A stretch of 63,967 bases of DNA, filler included, from Octopus bimaculoides (Eukaryota), in NCBI RefSeq assembly GCF_001194135.2. It is 7 parts of 7 records of this genome, joined end to end, with 100 filler letters (N's around TTAATTAATTAA, not from the genome) between each part and the next. Parts side by side here need not be neighbours in the genome. Positions count along the whole stretch, not along the records: positions 36,748 to 44,466 come from NC_068995.1; positions 44,567 to 61,214 come from NC_068981.1; 5 more parts are not named here. One strand, given 5' to 3'. A model generated the notes under the pieces. It did not search any database, was not told where the DNA came from, and saw nothing but the letters and a program-made list of their open reading frames with translations. The position numbers and the translations under genes are program-made. The first letter of the stretch is position 1; every line of letters begins with the position of its first letter. Positions 38,251 to 50,100 of the stretch are shown in pieces.

Positions 38251-38377
38251 CTTTTGTGCCTATATATATGTACATGTATATATGTATGTTTGTATGCCTG
38301 TCTATCCTCACACACACACATGTATTATAAAAATGTAAAACTGTATTTTTTTTTGTTTTGTTTTTTTTTTCCTACAG

Positions 38378-38495
38378 AAAAGTGACATTGACATAACGGA
38401 GCTTGAGGAAGCCCTCACACTGGTACGGAGCAAGCAGGATTCAGTGAACAAGACCCCCAGTTTTGTGATGCAGGTTGATGCCGAAATTGAAAAGG
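38378..38495 (+). CDS. RPGRIP1L: RPGRIP1L exon
   Basis: poly-T cctacag acceptor; KSDIDITELEEALTLVRSKQDSVNKTPSFVMQVDAEIEK plus G|gtaag. Confidence 0.88.
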
Positions 38496-38525
38496 GTAAG
38501 GAGGACATATATAGCGGTTGTCGTT

Positions 38526-38558
<33 letters not shown>

Positions 38559-38819
38559 TTTATCATCTTCATCATCATCATTATTTACAGTGTCTTTTCT
38601 ATGCTTGCATGGTTTCGACAGGAGTCAGTGAGGCCACAGAGATGCGCTGGGCCCCAGTGTCAGCTTCGACTTCGTTTCTATGGCTGGACGCCCTTCCTGA
38701 TGCCAAACACTTCGCAGTGTGTACTTGGGGGCTTTTTACATGCCACCGTAAACATATGTGCGTGTGTCCGTGTGTCCGTGTGCATCTATGTGATATCTTC
38801 CTTGTCCTGTGTTTTGCAG

Positions 38820-38938
38820 TGAGCCAGCAGAATGTACAGCAGTTGGAGTCTGACTACGCTGCCATGGTTCATGAATTGGAAAAGACCAGAAACATGTTGT
38901 TACTCCAGTACAAGATTAACAAGGATTATCATAAAGAG
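38820..38938 (+). CDS. RPGRIP1L: RPGRIP1L exon
   Basis: ttttgcag acceptor; VSQQNVQQLESDYAAMVHELEKTRNMLLLQYKINKDYHKE|gtacac; contains the family ELEKTRNML..Q.KINKDY motif. Confidence 0.95.
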
Positions 38939-38959
38939 GTACACTTCACAATTATCTGT

Positions 38960-39375
38960 CTTTCTTTCAAATCTCTCTCTCTCTCTCCCTCCGTCTTCTT
39001 CTTCTAATTGTCCTTCTTCATTCATTCACTTATTCATTCTTCTTCCTCTTCCTACTCTCCTTCCTCTTCCAACTCTTCTTCTTCTTCTTCTTCTTTCTTC
39101 TTCTTCCTCTCCTTCTTCTTCTTCTTCTTCTAACATCCTCTTCTTCTATCTTCTTCTTCTCCTCCTCTTCTTCTTCTCCTCCCCCTCCTCTTCTTCTTCT
39201 CCTCCTCCTCCTCTTCTTCTCCTCCTCCCCCTCCTCTTCTTCTCCTCCTCCTCCTTCTCCTTCTTCTCTCCCTCCTCTCCCCCTCCTCTTCCTCCTCTTC
39301 TTCTTCTTCTTCTTCTTCTTCTTCTTCTTCTTCTTCTTCTTCTTCTCCTTCTCCTCCTCCTCCTCCTTCTTCTTC
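38960..39375 (+). repeat. Polypyrimidine (CTT/CCT)n tract in RPGRIP1L intron
   Basis: About 400 bp almost entirely C/T. Confidence 0.95.
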
Positions 39376-39379
39376 TCTA

Positions 39380-39480
39380 TACCTGTTGCCAACCCTCACC
39401 TTACTGACGGCATCCCTGTAAACGACTTGTACAGCTCTCACCATCCACTCGTCTCTCCCTAGTTTCTGCATTGACCACCT
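39380..39480 (-). mobile_element. RTE-type LINE RT fragment in RPGRIP1L intron
   Basis: WSMQKLGRDEWMVRAVQVVYRDAVSKVRVGN. Confidence 0.7.
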
Positions 39481-39489
39481 GATGAGGGA

Positions 39490-39524
<35 letters not shown>

Positions 39525-39620
39525 GTATGCATGTATGTATGCATGAATGAATGTATGTATGTATTTATGCCTTTATCTCTTTATCCAGTGTGTATAATAT
39601 TGCTGTTGTCCCTCCTTTAG

Positions 39621-39722
39621 ATAGAAGCTGCTCACCAGAAGACAGAACACACGCAACGAGAATGTGAGATACGACTCAATGAATATGCTACACTGCTGGA
39701 CATCCGAGCAGCAAGGATAAAG
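39621..39722 (+). CDS. RPGRIP1L: RPGRIP1L exon
   Basis: cctttag acceptor; IEAAHQKTEHTQRECEIRLNEYATLLDIRAARIK|gttcaa; LLDIRAARI motif. Confidence 0.93.
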
Positions 39723-39742
39723 GTTCAAACCCTCTGTTCTCT

Positions 39743-39820
<78 letters not shown>

Positions 39821-40346
39821 CCACCTGTCTATCTAGGATTCCAACAATATGTATACTTTTCTCTCTCTCTCTTGGTTTGTCTTACTGTCTCTCTCTCTCT
39901 CTCTTTCTCACTCTATCTTTGTCTCTCTCCTTCACCTTCATCTTTCCTTTTATTGTTCTTCACCTTTTTCTCCTCATCTCTCTCTCTCTGCTTCTGTATA
40001 TATCTGTGTGTGTGTGTGTGTACATGCATATGCTTGCTTGATTGTACATGTGTGTATAAAAATGTTCCACGAACACATAGTTTCAGTCCCATTGCATAGC
40101 ATCTTGGGGCCAATGTCTCTTACTATAGCCCTTGGTTGACCAAAAGCCTTATGTCCTCAGTCAAATCGTCCAACCCATGCTAGCATGGAAAGTGGATGTT
40201 AAACGATGATGATGATGATGATGATGTTGCGTAGTGCTCCCCCTCCATAACCAGCTTAACTATCTATGTCTGTCTGTGCGTCAGTTTTATGATTCCCTTT
40301 CCATGTTAATGATCAGATTTCAATCATTCCTTCTTGGCTATTTCAG

Positions 40347-40418
40347 AAAATGGAGTCCCAGCTACGTGACATAGCATATGGAACTAAACAACAGAAGCTG
40401 GCATTGTCTCTGGGATTG
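40347..40418 (+). CDS. RPGRIP1L: RPGRIP1L exon
   Basis: tttcag acceptor; KMESQLRDIAYGTKQQKLALSLGL|gtaaga; QL.DIAYGTK motif. Confidence 0.93.
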
Positions 40419-40857
40419 GTAAGAGGATCTTGTATGGTGCTTTATTAAGTCTAGAATCTTTCACTCATCTCTTAAACAGCACTGTTCTGTCTGTATTGTA
40501 TAAACACACACACACAATCACATCTATATATATGTGTGTGCGTTTGTATGTGTATGAGGGGGTGATGAAAATTTTGTGTCTTGAAGAGTATCACAAAAGT
40601 TCTTTTACAGGGTTTACAAAAACTGAAGGACTGCTGCAATAAGTGTGTGGATACAAGAAGGGAATATGTTGGATAAAATCATAATTTACTGATCCTCCTG
40701 CTTTTTTCTTTTACCCAAAGCCAGGTACATTTCGGCACCCCTTCATACACACTCACACACACACTCATTCTCATATCTCTAATATATTTATGTACCCTTA
40801 CACCAATGTGTATTGTTTTATTAAAGGGTTTGACATGATTTCACTTTCTGTTGCCAG

Positions 40858-40932
40858 GATAAATCTAATGAAATGGACGAGAATATTCAGTTGGAGAGAG
40901 GACAGAACATATTTGAGATACATGTACATAAG
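40858..40932 (+). CDS. RPGRIP1L: RPGRIP1L exon, start of C2-N domain
   Basis: ttgccag acceptor; DKSNEMDENIQLERGQNIFEIHVHK|gtagac; LERG.N.FEIH motif. Confidence 0.93.
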
Positions 40933-41363
40933 GTAGACTATCTTTTCTCTCCATATCTGTATATTTATATAGAGATTTCTTTAATGATGTTTCATACATA
41001 CACACACACATACACACACACATATTCATACACAAATACATACATACATACACACATATACACACACACACACATTTATTCTTTTACATGTTTCAGTCTT
41101 TTGACTGCAGCCATGCTGGAGCACCGCCTTTAATCGAACAAATCAACCCCAGGACTTATTCTTTGTAAGCCTTGTACTTATTCTATCAGTTTCTTTTGTT
41201 GAACCGCTAAGTTACAGGGATGCTTTCTTAAATACTTTTACTCATGAATGAAACGTATTTTCTTTCCCGTTTATGCAAATTGTCAAATTTTGCCAGAAAC
41301 ATCCTGCATCTTCCATCAATACAGTTGTGACCACCACTACATACTTCTCCCTTCCTCCGACAG

Positions 41364-41386
41364 GTTAATCTCACAACTGAAGCTGT
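41364..41386 (+). CDS. RPGRIP1L: RPGRIP1L exon, 3' part lost in gap
   Basis: cttctcccttcctccgacag acceptor; VNLTTEAV..., phase 0 as required; runs into N gap where the FCTYAFYDF segment is expected. Confidence 0.7.
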
Positions 41387-41666
41387 NNNNNNNNNNNNNN
41401 NNNNNNNNNNNNNNNNNNNNNNNNNNNNNNNNNNNNNNNNNNNNNNNNNNNNNNNNNNNNNNNNNNNNNNNNNNNNNNNNNNNNNNNNNNNNNNNNNNNN
41501 NNNNNNNNNNNNNNNNNNNNNNNNNNNNNNNNNNNNNNNNNNNNNNNNNNNNNNNNNNNNNNNNNNNNNNNNNNNNNNNNNNNNNNNNNNNNNNNNNNNN
41601 NNNNNNNNNNNNCTCTCTTTCTTCCCCCCCTCTTTTTTCTGGTTCTGGAACATTCCTTTTGAAAAG

Positions 41667-41736
41667 ACCTGTCTTTGACTTCACATCCCAGTACGTGATT
41701 ACCATCGATGATTTCTTCTTACACTACATCCAGAAG
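41667..41736 (+). CDS. RPGRIP1L: RPGRIP1L exon (C2-N)
   Basis: PVFDFTSQYVITIDDFFLHYIQK|gtaagg; FTSQY...DD.FL.YIQK motif; acceptor ttttgaaaag is the best guess for the 5' boundary. Confidence 0.88.
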
Positions 41737-42166
41737 GTAAGGTTTCAAATCCTACCCTAAACCACACTCTCTCTTTCACACACACACACACACACACACG
41801 CATGCACGCACGCACATACACACACACACACACGCACGCACACACACACACACACACTATTTATTTTCTACTCAAGACTTTATTTCTGTCTTTTGTTTAA
41901 ATTTTATTTTTCTTACGATTCTCTTCTTATTGGTTTGTTTTTTGTTGTTTTATAAGACAGACTGTGTGTGTGTGTGTGCATGTTTATGCAAGTCTCTATT
42001 CGTGTATGTGTGTATGCATTTATGTATGTATATCATATATATTACATATATACAAGTTCTTATAGATGTGTATGTGTGTGTTTGTGTATACACACACACA
42101 CACACACACATAGTGTGCATGTATCTGTAGGTATGTTTCTTATATTTCTTTATGCTTGTGTATATG

Positions 42167-42223
<57 letters not shown>

Positions 42224-42277
42224 AATGGAACATTCCAGATCTTAACATATCTTTCTGTCTGTCTGTCCCAAATGTAG

Positions 42278-42407
42278 AGCAGCTGTACCCTGGAACTCCA
42301 GCAGTCACTTGGCCAAAGCTACAAGACCCTTGCCGCCTGCCAGTTGACCTTTCGTGATCTCTTTGAACATCCACCTGGTCGAATACACAACACAGCATTC
42401 CTCATTG
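42278..42407 (+). CDS. RPGRIP1L: RPGRIP1L exon (C2-N)
   Basis: aatgtag acceptor; SSCTLELQQSLGQSYKTLAACQLTFRDLFEHPPGRIHNTAFLI plus G|gtttgt. Confidence 0.92.
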
Positions 42408-42559
42408 GTTTGTTCTACTTCACTATATACATATACACACATATATACATACATGCATATATATATAATTACACATACACCTGCACATCCGTATGTATAT
42501 ATATATTATATATATATTAAAGATAGAAGTTAAAATAATTTGTTGTATTACTTTGCCAG

Positions 42560-42654
42560 GAATTGAACCTATGGACATGGAGTTGAAGTTTGGTAGTGTG
42601 GAGTACTGGATTAATCTGCGTCTGCCAATGGAACAGGCTGTAAGGTTGTATAAG
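42560..42654 (+). CDS. RPGRIP1L: RPGRIP1L exon (end of C2-N)
   Basis: ctttgccag acceptor; GIEPMDMELKFGSVEYWINLRLPMEQAVRLYK|gtaagg; FG.VEYW.RL..PM.QA.RLY motif. Confidence 0.95.
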
Positions 42655-42807
42655 GTAAGGCAATAACTCACCACTTACATCTGACCTTTAACTTTTGACC
42701 TTTCTTTAGGGGTCATCTCTTCCTTTCCTTGTTTGAGTCATCTGACTGCGGCCAGTTAAAAAATAAAAACATAAAAACATATTTTGTGTTCCTATGTATA
42801 TACTCAA

Positions 42808-42888
42808 GGCTCTGATGAAGCTATAAGTTGTTATTCAGGTACTCAACTATGAGTGCATTGTACTTTACAGCAGAAACGGGTGTAAGCT
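42808..42888 (+). ncRNA. Type I hammerhead ribozyme-like motif
   Basis: Stem I GGCT/AGCT, CTGATGA, extended stem II, GAAAC-GGGT-GTA; activity untested. Confidence 0.5.
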
Positions 42889-42990
42889 AATTAACATCCT
42901 TAAATAATCATTTATTCCTTCTAGCTATGCCATCACAACAAATTTTGTTTTACTTTCTCTTTTTTTATTGTTGTTGTTTTCACCTACCAG

Positions 42991-43150
42991 GAAAGGATAA
43001 AGGCCCTTGGCTACATTTCTTCTAATGATCGCTCAGCCAAACAGGCTCTCAAGGCTCTGGACAGTCTTGCTGACCAACGACCGGATGGCAACATTAACGA
43101 ACTCCATGTAAAAATACTCCGTTGTACAAACCTCACCTCACGTAGGAAAG
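42991..43150 (+). CDS. RPGRIP1L: RPGRIP1L exon (linker and start of C2-C)
   Basis: cacctaccag acceptor; ERIKALGYISSNDRSAKQALKALDSLADQRPDGNINELHVKILRCTNLTSRRK plus G|gtaggt. Confidence 0.95.
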
Positions 43151-43864
43151 GTAGGTCATGTGTCCCCTTTTTTTTCTCAATTTTACATTAATCTAATTAG
43201 TTGATAGGGAGCAACCAGTGAGGGCTCATGGCCTAGGGGTTAGAGTGTTGTCCCTCCCAATCATGATGGGCTTCTTTCAGTTTCCATCTACCAAATCCAC
43301 TCACAAAGCTTTGGTCAGCCTGAGGCTGTAGCAGAAGACCCTTGCCCACACAGACAGAAGATAGACAACTGATTGTTATATATAATCTCTCCCTTCTCTT
43401 CCACANNNNNNNNNNNNNNNNNNNNNNNNNNNNNNNNNNNNNNNNNNNNNNNNNNNNNNNNNNNNNNNNNNNNNNNNNNNNNNNNNNNNNNNNNNNNNNN
43501 NNNNNNNNNNNNNNNNNNNNNNNNNNNNNNNNNNNNNNNNNNNNNNNNNNNNNNNNNNNNNNNNNNNNNNNNNNNNNNNNNNNNNNNNNNNNNNNNNNNN
43601 NNNNNNNNNNNNNNNNNNNNNNNNNNNNNNNNNNNNNNNNNNNNNNNNNNNNNNNNNNNNNNNNNNNNNNNNNNNNNNNTCATGATGGGCTTCTTTCAGT
43701 TTCCATCTACCAAATCCACTCACAAAGCTTTGGTCAGCCTGAGGCTGTAGCAGAAGACCCTTGCCCACACAGACAGAAGATAGACAACTGATTGTTATAT
43801 ATAATCTCTCCCTTCTCTTCCACACTCTCTCACCTTCTCTCTCTCTCTCTCTCAAACCATTTAG

Positions 43865-44019
43865 ATGTCCAGCCATCGCCTTATTGTGTCTACCAGTTCT
43901 TTGACTTCCCTGACCACGACACGGTCATACTTCACAGCACCAACAACCCAGAGTTCAATGATCATCGGACCTTCCCCGTCGTCATGAATACCGCTCTAGA
44001 TAACTACCTCAGATCTGTG
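43865..44019 (+). CDS. RPGRIP1L: RPGRIP1L exon (C2-C); last exon found
   Basis: ccatttag acceptor; DVQPSPYCVYQFFDFPDHDTVILHSTNNPEFNDHRTFPVVMNTALDNYLRSV|gtaagt; QP.PY.VY.FFDF.DHDT motif. Confidence 0.96.
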
Positions 44020-44653
44020 GTAAGTTGACTTCTTTGCTTCTTGTCTGTTGCTGTTGTTGTTGTGGTTGTTGTAGAGGTGGTGGTGGTGGTGGCGATGGTT
44101 GTTATTGTTGTTGTTGAAATTCTGTTTGTTGAAATTCCGGTGATGATTGAAGATCAAACTTATCAAGATAGAGATAATAAATTATGTTGCTCTTAGCAAT
44201 GTTTTTAGCCAATTCTGTATATATTTTTGTATATAATTTTGTATTATGTATATATATATATATCTATAGCGTGGCCGTTGCCAGTACTGCCTGACTGGCT
44301 TCCGTAGGATTTTCGAGCGAGATCGTTGCCAGTGCCCCTGGACTGGCTCTTGTGCGGGTGGCACATAAAAGACACCATTTCGAGCGTGGCCGTTGCCAGT
44401 ATCGCCTGACTGGCCTTCGTAGGATTTTCGAGCGAGATCGTTGCCAGTGCCCCTGGACTGGCTCTTNNNNNNNNNNNNNNNNNNNNNNNNNNNNNNNNNN
44501 NNNNNNNNNNTTAATTAATTAANNNNNNNNNNNNNNNNNNNNNNNNNNNNNNNNNNNNNNNNNNNNCAAAGAATAAGTCCTGGGTTCGATTTTCTCGACT
44601 AAAGGCGGTGCTCCAGCATGGCCGCAGTCAAATGACTGAAACAAGTAAAAGAG

Positions 44654-44692
<39 letters not shown>

Positions 44693-45570
44693 ATATTAAT
44701 ATGTATAAATGTGTGAATATATGCAGTTTTGTGTGTGTATAATGATTGTGAATACATGCATTCACTGCAGTACAAAATTTATCAATTCCCCTCTAGCATC
44801 ACCTTAGTTTCAAAAATAGACCAGGATGTTATCAAGACAATTTTCAATGGTTTCTAGTGTTTAACTTTCCACCGGCCAGCTCCAGAACTATGCTCTTACT
44901 GCTTGTTTCTTAGTAATTTTCTTATTCCATTTCCCCTTTTTTTCTTTTATCTCTATATCCTTTTTTTCCCCCTTGAATCTTCAACTAATATAAGAGCAAA
45001 TTTGAATTTGGAATTCATATTTCAAAAACCCCTGCTGTGATTCTCACACTATATAATTACACATAAATGTAATGTAACATAAGAGATATTGAAATGAATA
45101 TTTTGAAATATCACTTTATTTTTTTCATATATATATATATATATATATANNNNNNNNNNNNNNNNNNNNNNNNNNNNNNNNNNNNNNNNNNNNNNNNNNN
45201 NNNNNNNNNNNNNNNNNNNNNNNNNNNNNNNNNNNNNNNNNNNNNNNNNNNNNNNNNNNNNNNNNNNNNNNNNNNNNNNNNNNNNNNNNNNNNNNNNNNN
45301 NNNNNNNNNNNNNNNNNNNNNNNNNNNNNNNNNNNNNNNNNNNNNNNNNNNNNNNNNNNNNNNNNNNNNNNNNNNNNNNNNNNNNNNNNNNNNNNNNNNN
45401 NNNNNNNNNNNNNNNNNNNNNNNNNNNNNNNNNNNNNNNNNNNNNNNNNNNNNNNNNNNNNNNNNNNNNNNNNNNNNNNNNNNNNNNNNNNNNNNNNNNN
45501 NNNNNNNNNNNNNNNNNNNNNNNNNNNNNNNNNNNNNNNNNNNNNNNNNNNNNNNNNNNNNNNNNNNNNN

Positions 45571-45722
45571 TACACTCTCAGAGTGGTTGGTGTTAGGAAG
45601 GGCATCCAGGCGTAGAAACTCTGCCAAATCAGATTGGAGCCTGGTATAGCCATCTGGTTCACCAGTCCTCAGTCAAATCGTCCAACCCATGCTAACATGG
45701 AAAGCAGACGTTAAACGATGAT
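45571..45722 (+). mobile_element. SINE 3' half (family E) with (GAT)n tail
   Basis: GGAAGGGCATCCAG...CAGTCAAATCGTCCAACCCATGCTA.CATGGAAAG..GACGTTAAACGATGATG; related copies at 40150-40225, 58330-58612, 59099-59265(-), 38590-38750(-). Confidence 0.75.
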
Positions 45723-45732
45723 GACATATGTG

Positions 45733-45773
<41 letters not shown>

Positions 45774-47379
45774 CAGTATACTGACTTTTACAAACACTTA
45801 TCTCAATAAACCTAACTAATCACAAGCCCCCATAGATTCTCCCCTGTTGACAGAAGTGCATTAAGATTCAAATCCTTTCTCACAGGAGAATCAAAAGGGA
45901 GTACGTGTATATGTGATATTAAAATTTCTGTATTCTCTTGAAATTCAGCATACTAAAGTATTTTTATTATGTTTGGGTCATTATTGTGTTGTTATGGAAT
46001 TAAGCTTGGGGATATACATTCATATCTTCAGCAACCTGAGATATATTTAAAAACTCCTGACCGTATGCATTTTACATCACAACTATATCAAGTAAGAGCC
46101 ACGGAAATTTTTAACATGATGGCCTGTGAGAAACCATAAATATACTAAACACAGTATATCGCCAAAAACCTCAGCTAAATTTTCACTTTGATAAACTGAT
46201 TTTCTCAAGTTTTTCACATGTTGAGGTATTTATAAACAGAAATTAGCTACCCCCATGTGTGCCAAAAAAAAATTTCCTATATAGTTTAGCCATAGGTTGT
46301 TTATCTGAATAAGTTTGCTTATTACACTGTACTGCTTAGAACTGAAGATAAATCCTAAATTTTATCTCACACTGTTAAGTTTTTAAATAATTATGTCCCA
46401 GCATACTAATCATTTTAATGTTGTTGTCTTAATGTATTCACAAATGCATCAAACTTTACAGAAAATAAGCAACATACACAATCAGCTCAACCTGAAAGGC
46501 AGCTGTTCAATTTTACAAGTTTATATTTGAAAAGATAAATTACAAAATATTTGTGTGTGAAAGGCAAAGGCTATACAGTTTGGTAGAAATATTTGAATAA
46601 GCAATTTTCCAAGTTTTGTAAATTCTCTTAAAGTATGGGGGGGTCACAAATGATATACAGAAAGTATGCCAAAAGGCTATGTCATCAATATTTGATTGCC
46701 ATGTCAGTTTTTAAGAAGCTAAAAATTCACTTTTTAAAATATCAATTTTCACCATCCTTTGTAGCCAGGGTAACAAAACAGCAGTGACATAGTGTTTTCA
46801 GAAAATATTGTGAAGTCTTATGTATTTGCAATTTCTAAACTTTCTTAGTATGTGGGATGAGGGCAGGGCCTTTACTAATTTTCCCTCAATTACTATTGTC
46901 CTTTATAAGAAAAGTAAAATATGAAGTCTTACATTAAAAGTTCAACAAATAAGCAACTGCCATAAAGTTAACAAGTTATAAATGCATCAAATCACATTCC
47001 TCAACCCTTATTCTAGCTTTATGGTTTGATAAAAACATCTGAATAGGAGATACGGTGAAGTGAGCTGCTATAAGAGATAGCAATTCTGTATTCAAATCCT
47101 ATTGAATGTCTGACTTTCTTTTCTATTCCTCAAGCTATATACCAGTAAGGAAACAGTATCTTTGGCAATAATAGTGTTACTTAAAAACATTGTGCTATCA
47201 AGAAGTTGTCACCTTCATTGCCATAGATTAGTCAAATCCCTTTACACTCTGACTGCTGAATGTAAAGGGTTTTGATTCTGACCACTCCAAGGTAAATAAA
47301 AATATGCACAAAATTTTGATTAGTGTTGATTCAACCTACTATATTCTTCCTCTACTGACTTTATATACCCAATATATGA

Positions 47380-50100
47380 AGTCATTATTATGATCATACT
47401 AACAGAGTAAATGAGGAAAAGAAGTCTGAACAATCATGTATGCACAGCTTAAACAATTCCAATCATGTTAAAATAGAACCTTATGACTATCTATATGTAA
47501 CTTTAAAATTAGTTGAATAACATTTATGATTGTGAGATTCTAAAAACTTTGGCAAGCTCAATAATGATAGTACTCCAGAGTGATAGCTACCTGAAGATCA
47601 TTTAAACCTGGAAACTGATATATCTTAGTCAGGAGAGCTGAGATTGGTAATATTGATAAATATCAAAAGCAACTGAAAAGGAAATAGTAATGTTTTGACA
47701 CTATCAGGACAAATATATCATTCAACTTTGTTCATTTTATAAACCACATTTAAGAGTTGTTTATTTACATCAGGGAGACTGAATCAGAGTCAATACTTTA
47801 CAACTTCAAAATACAACCTAACCATATTCACACTGTACAACTAACACATTTAAAGACTTCTATATACTATAGATGAATTGAAGACTTGTGAATGCTGTAT
47901 TTATAACATTAATATATTTATATTAGTGTAAGCTTCTTGTTTGTATATGATTAGGTATATTTCAAATGGTTATTAGTGTCATATGTAGTTAGCCTTACAG
48001 TTGACTAAAATTTCTTGATGTAAAGGATCACAATGAGCAGGACATGGCAACAAATTGCAAATAGAATCCAAATTAGTGCTGATTGATCTGTTTGACCTTG
48101 TTGGAACATAGTGTAAATGCTTTGCAACCACTAGTTAGAGCAAACAATGGAAAGAAAAAGAAAATCAAGATAATGATGTTAGTGGTTCAGAGTAGGTAAC
48201 AAATCCATTTTTTAACAAGATTGTAATGTAAGGCTAAAAAGAAGTTGGACATTAAAGAATCCTGATAGGTGACTGCTATTTATGTCCATCTCAACAAATT
48301 TATTGATGTGTTGGGATAGCCACAAATGTCTAATGGTATAAAAAATAAGTGCCATTTTTCAACATAGAAAAGCGTTTGTGGAAAGATATAAAAAAAATTC
48401 TATCAGGATGACTTTATGTTGGAGTGAAACTGTCAAAGAAACTCGAAGACTAAGATTATATGGGACCGACCGAAAGAATTGAGCACAATGATTAACTCAG
48501 TCAATTATTTCACTCACAAGATATATTTTGAAATTGTTGAACCATACACAAAATAGTGCAAGAAAACTGAGAATTTTTTTGGACAAATGTTTGCCATAGA
48601 ACATTCAAAAAATTTTAAAAACTGCACTTACTGAAAATCCTTTACAGAAGATATTTGATGCCAACAAAAGTATCACACTGATAACCAATTATCAGTGAGA
48701 ATTCTATCTTAGAATTTTTTCCTGGTATAACCACCAAGAGCTATATTTAACACGATGGTTAACTTCAGCTGGTTCTAATAATTCAAACATTGAGACAGAG
48801 GCTTTAGCAATCATACTGACCACAAACAGTGCTCATCCTTAATTTACTTGACAGAAAATTCATATTTAAACAATATAAAGAACTTCCAAGGGTTATGCCT
48901 GAGGATACTGAGGTGTACCATCCAGTTCATAATATACTTTTGATATTATATATATTAAGAGAAGTACAATTCCTCATTTAAATGTGCCTTAACAATTACA
49001 ATTTAGATTGCAAATGGAGGTCTTTAAGGAGGGGTGATGTTGATTAGGAACTGATGAGTTGCATCTTGATCAACAAACTTTGGAAGCAGTGTGCAATTTG
49101 ATACTGGGCAAAATCATTATCAGAATAGAAAGAAATACTGGAGTAGCTGCTCCAACACTTAAAAAGACCTTACAAACAGTACTTTTGCACCAGCAATCTC
49201 AGTGTTCTGCAAAAGATATATATAGGAAGTCAATCATTAAATGTATTCAAGGCATCACTGCTACATGAATTCGTCTGAATTCTGAAGCATCATGGCTTGG
49301 CTGATCGTGCAATGACAAGAACTACATACAGCTATGTATGTGATCCTAAAGGTATAGAGATAAAGAATTTTCAAAAGAACCAATTTCATTGTGGCCTACA
49401 GAGTTAGATCCTTGCACTCATACATATAGATTAGGCCTTTATTAATTGGAATGAAACTTGTCTAGGAGGCTTCCTTTTCAAGATGGCCAAGAGTTATTAT
49501 GCTCCTAATAGAAAGCACTTGGCCATAAACAGTAATTTTCTCTCATAATAGTGTGTCAGGGTTTTAATGTCAGATGACAACACCCCTAAATTTAATGATC
49601 AAAACTTTTGTTCTTAACTACAGAAAATAGTAATGTTACCAATATTGAAATGGGTTTGCAAAACAGAGGACTCAAAGAATTAACTTAAAATTGAGGGTGT
49701 TTTCCTTCAGCAAAATGAGGTACTAGAATCTCTCTCACTATTGTTCAGCTTTCCTATGATCCACCAGGTGGACAGGCTAGGACTTTCTACTTCGATGAAA
49801 CATCATATCCATGCACCTTTGACTATGAAAAAATAATTCAACACCAGAAGTGGAAAACTTTGTACATCATCATCATCTTCATAATTTACATATGATTACA
49901 AGAAATGGGACTGGAACTTAGTTTAAGCCTAAACATGAGACACCTGAAACAAGTGAGGATGATGGCAAAAAAGCAACAGCATTGTTCATTTTTATAAGTG
50001 GAGAAGCACCCATGATTATGATGTGTAACAACAGGATCAAATTTGTAGTGCAGAAGTCTTTAGGAATACTCAGTCTATCTGGGGTATAAAGTTTCAGGGA
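47380..50100 (+). pseudogene. Possible decayed intronless coding region, unidentified
   Basis: Successive protein-like open stretches of 35-60 codons linked by stops and frameshifts; no family recognised. Confidence 0.35.

Noticed and set aside
39030-39471. Poly-E/K/R/G and poly-L/S ORFs
   Set aside because: Translations of the (CTT/CCT)n tract; only the last ~30 codons are a LINE RT fragment
43261-43824. 145-bp duplication flanking the 43406-43679 gap
   Set aside because: Exact copy at both gap edges; most likely an assembly overlap
49050-49090. CTGATGA-GTTG...CAAC-AAAC hammerhead-like string
   Set aside because: Lacks G12, stem III and stem I
49561-49590. VLMSDDN as motif C of a segmented negative-strand RNA virus polymerase
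   Set aside because: No recognisable motif A or B upstream in frame, so the decayed ORF is left unassigned
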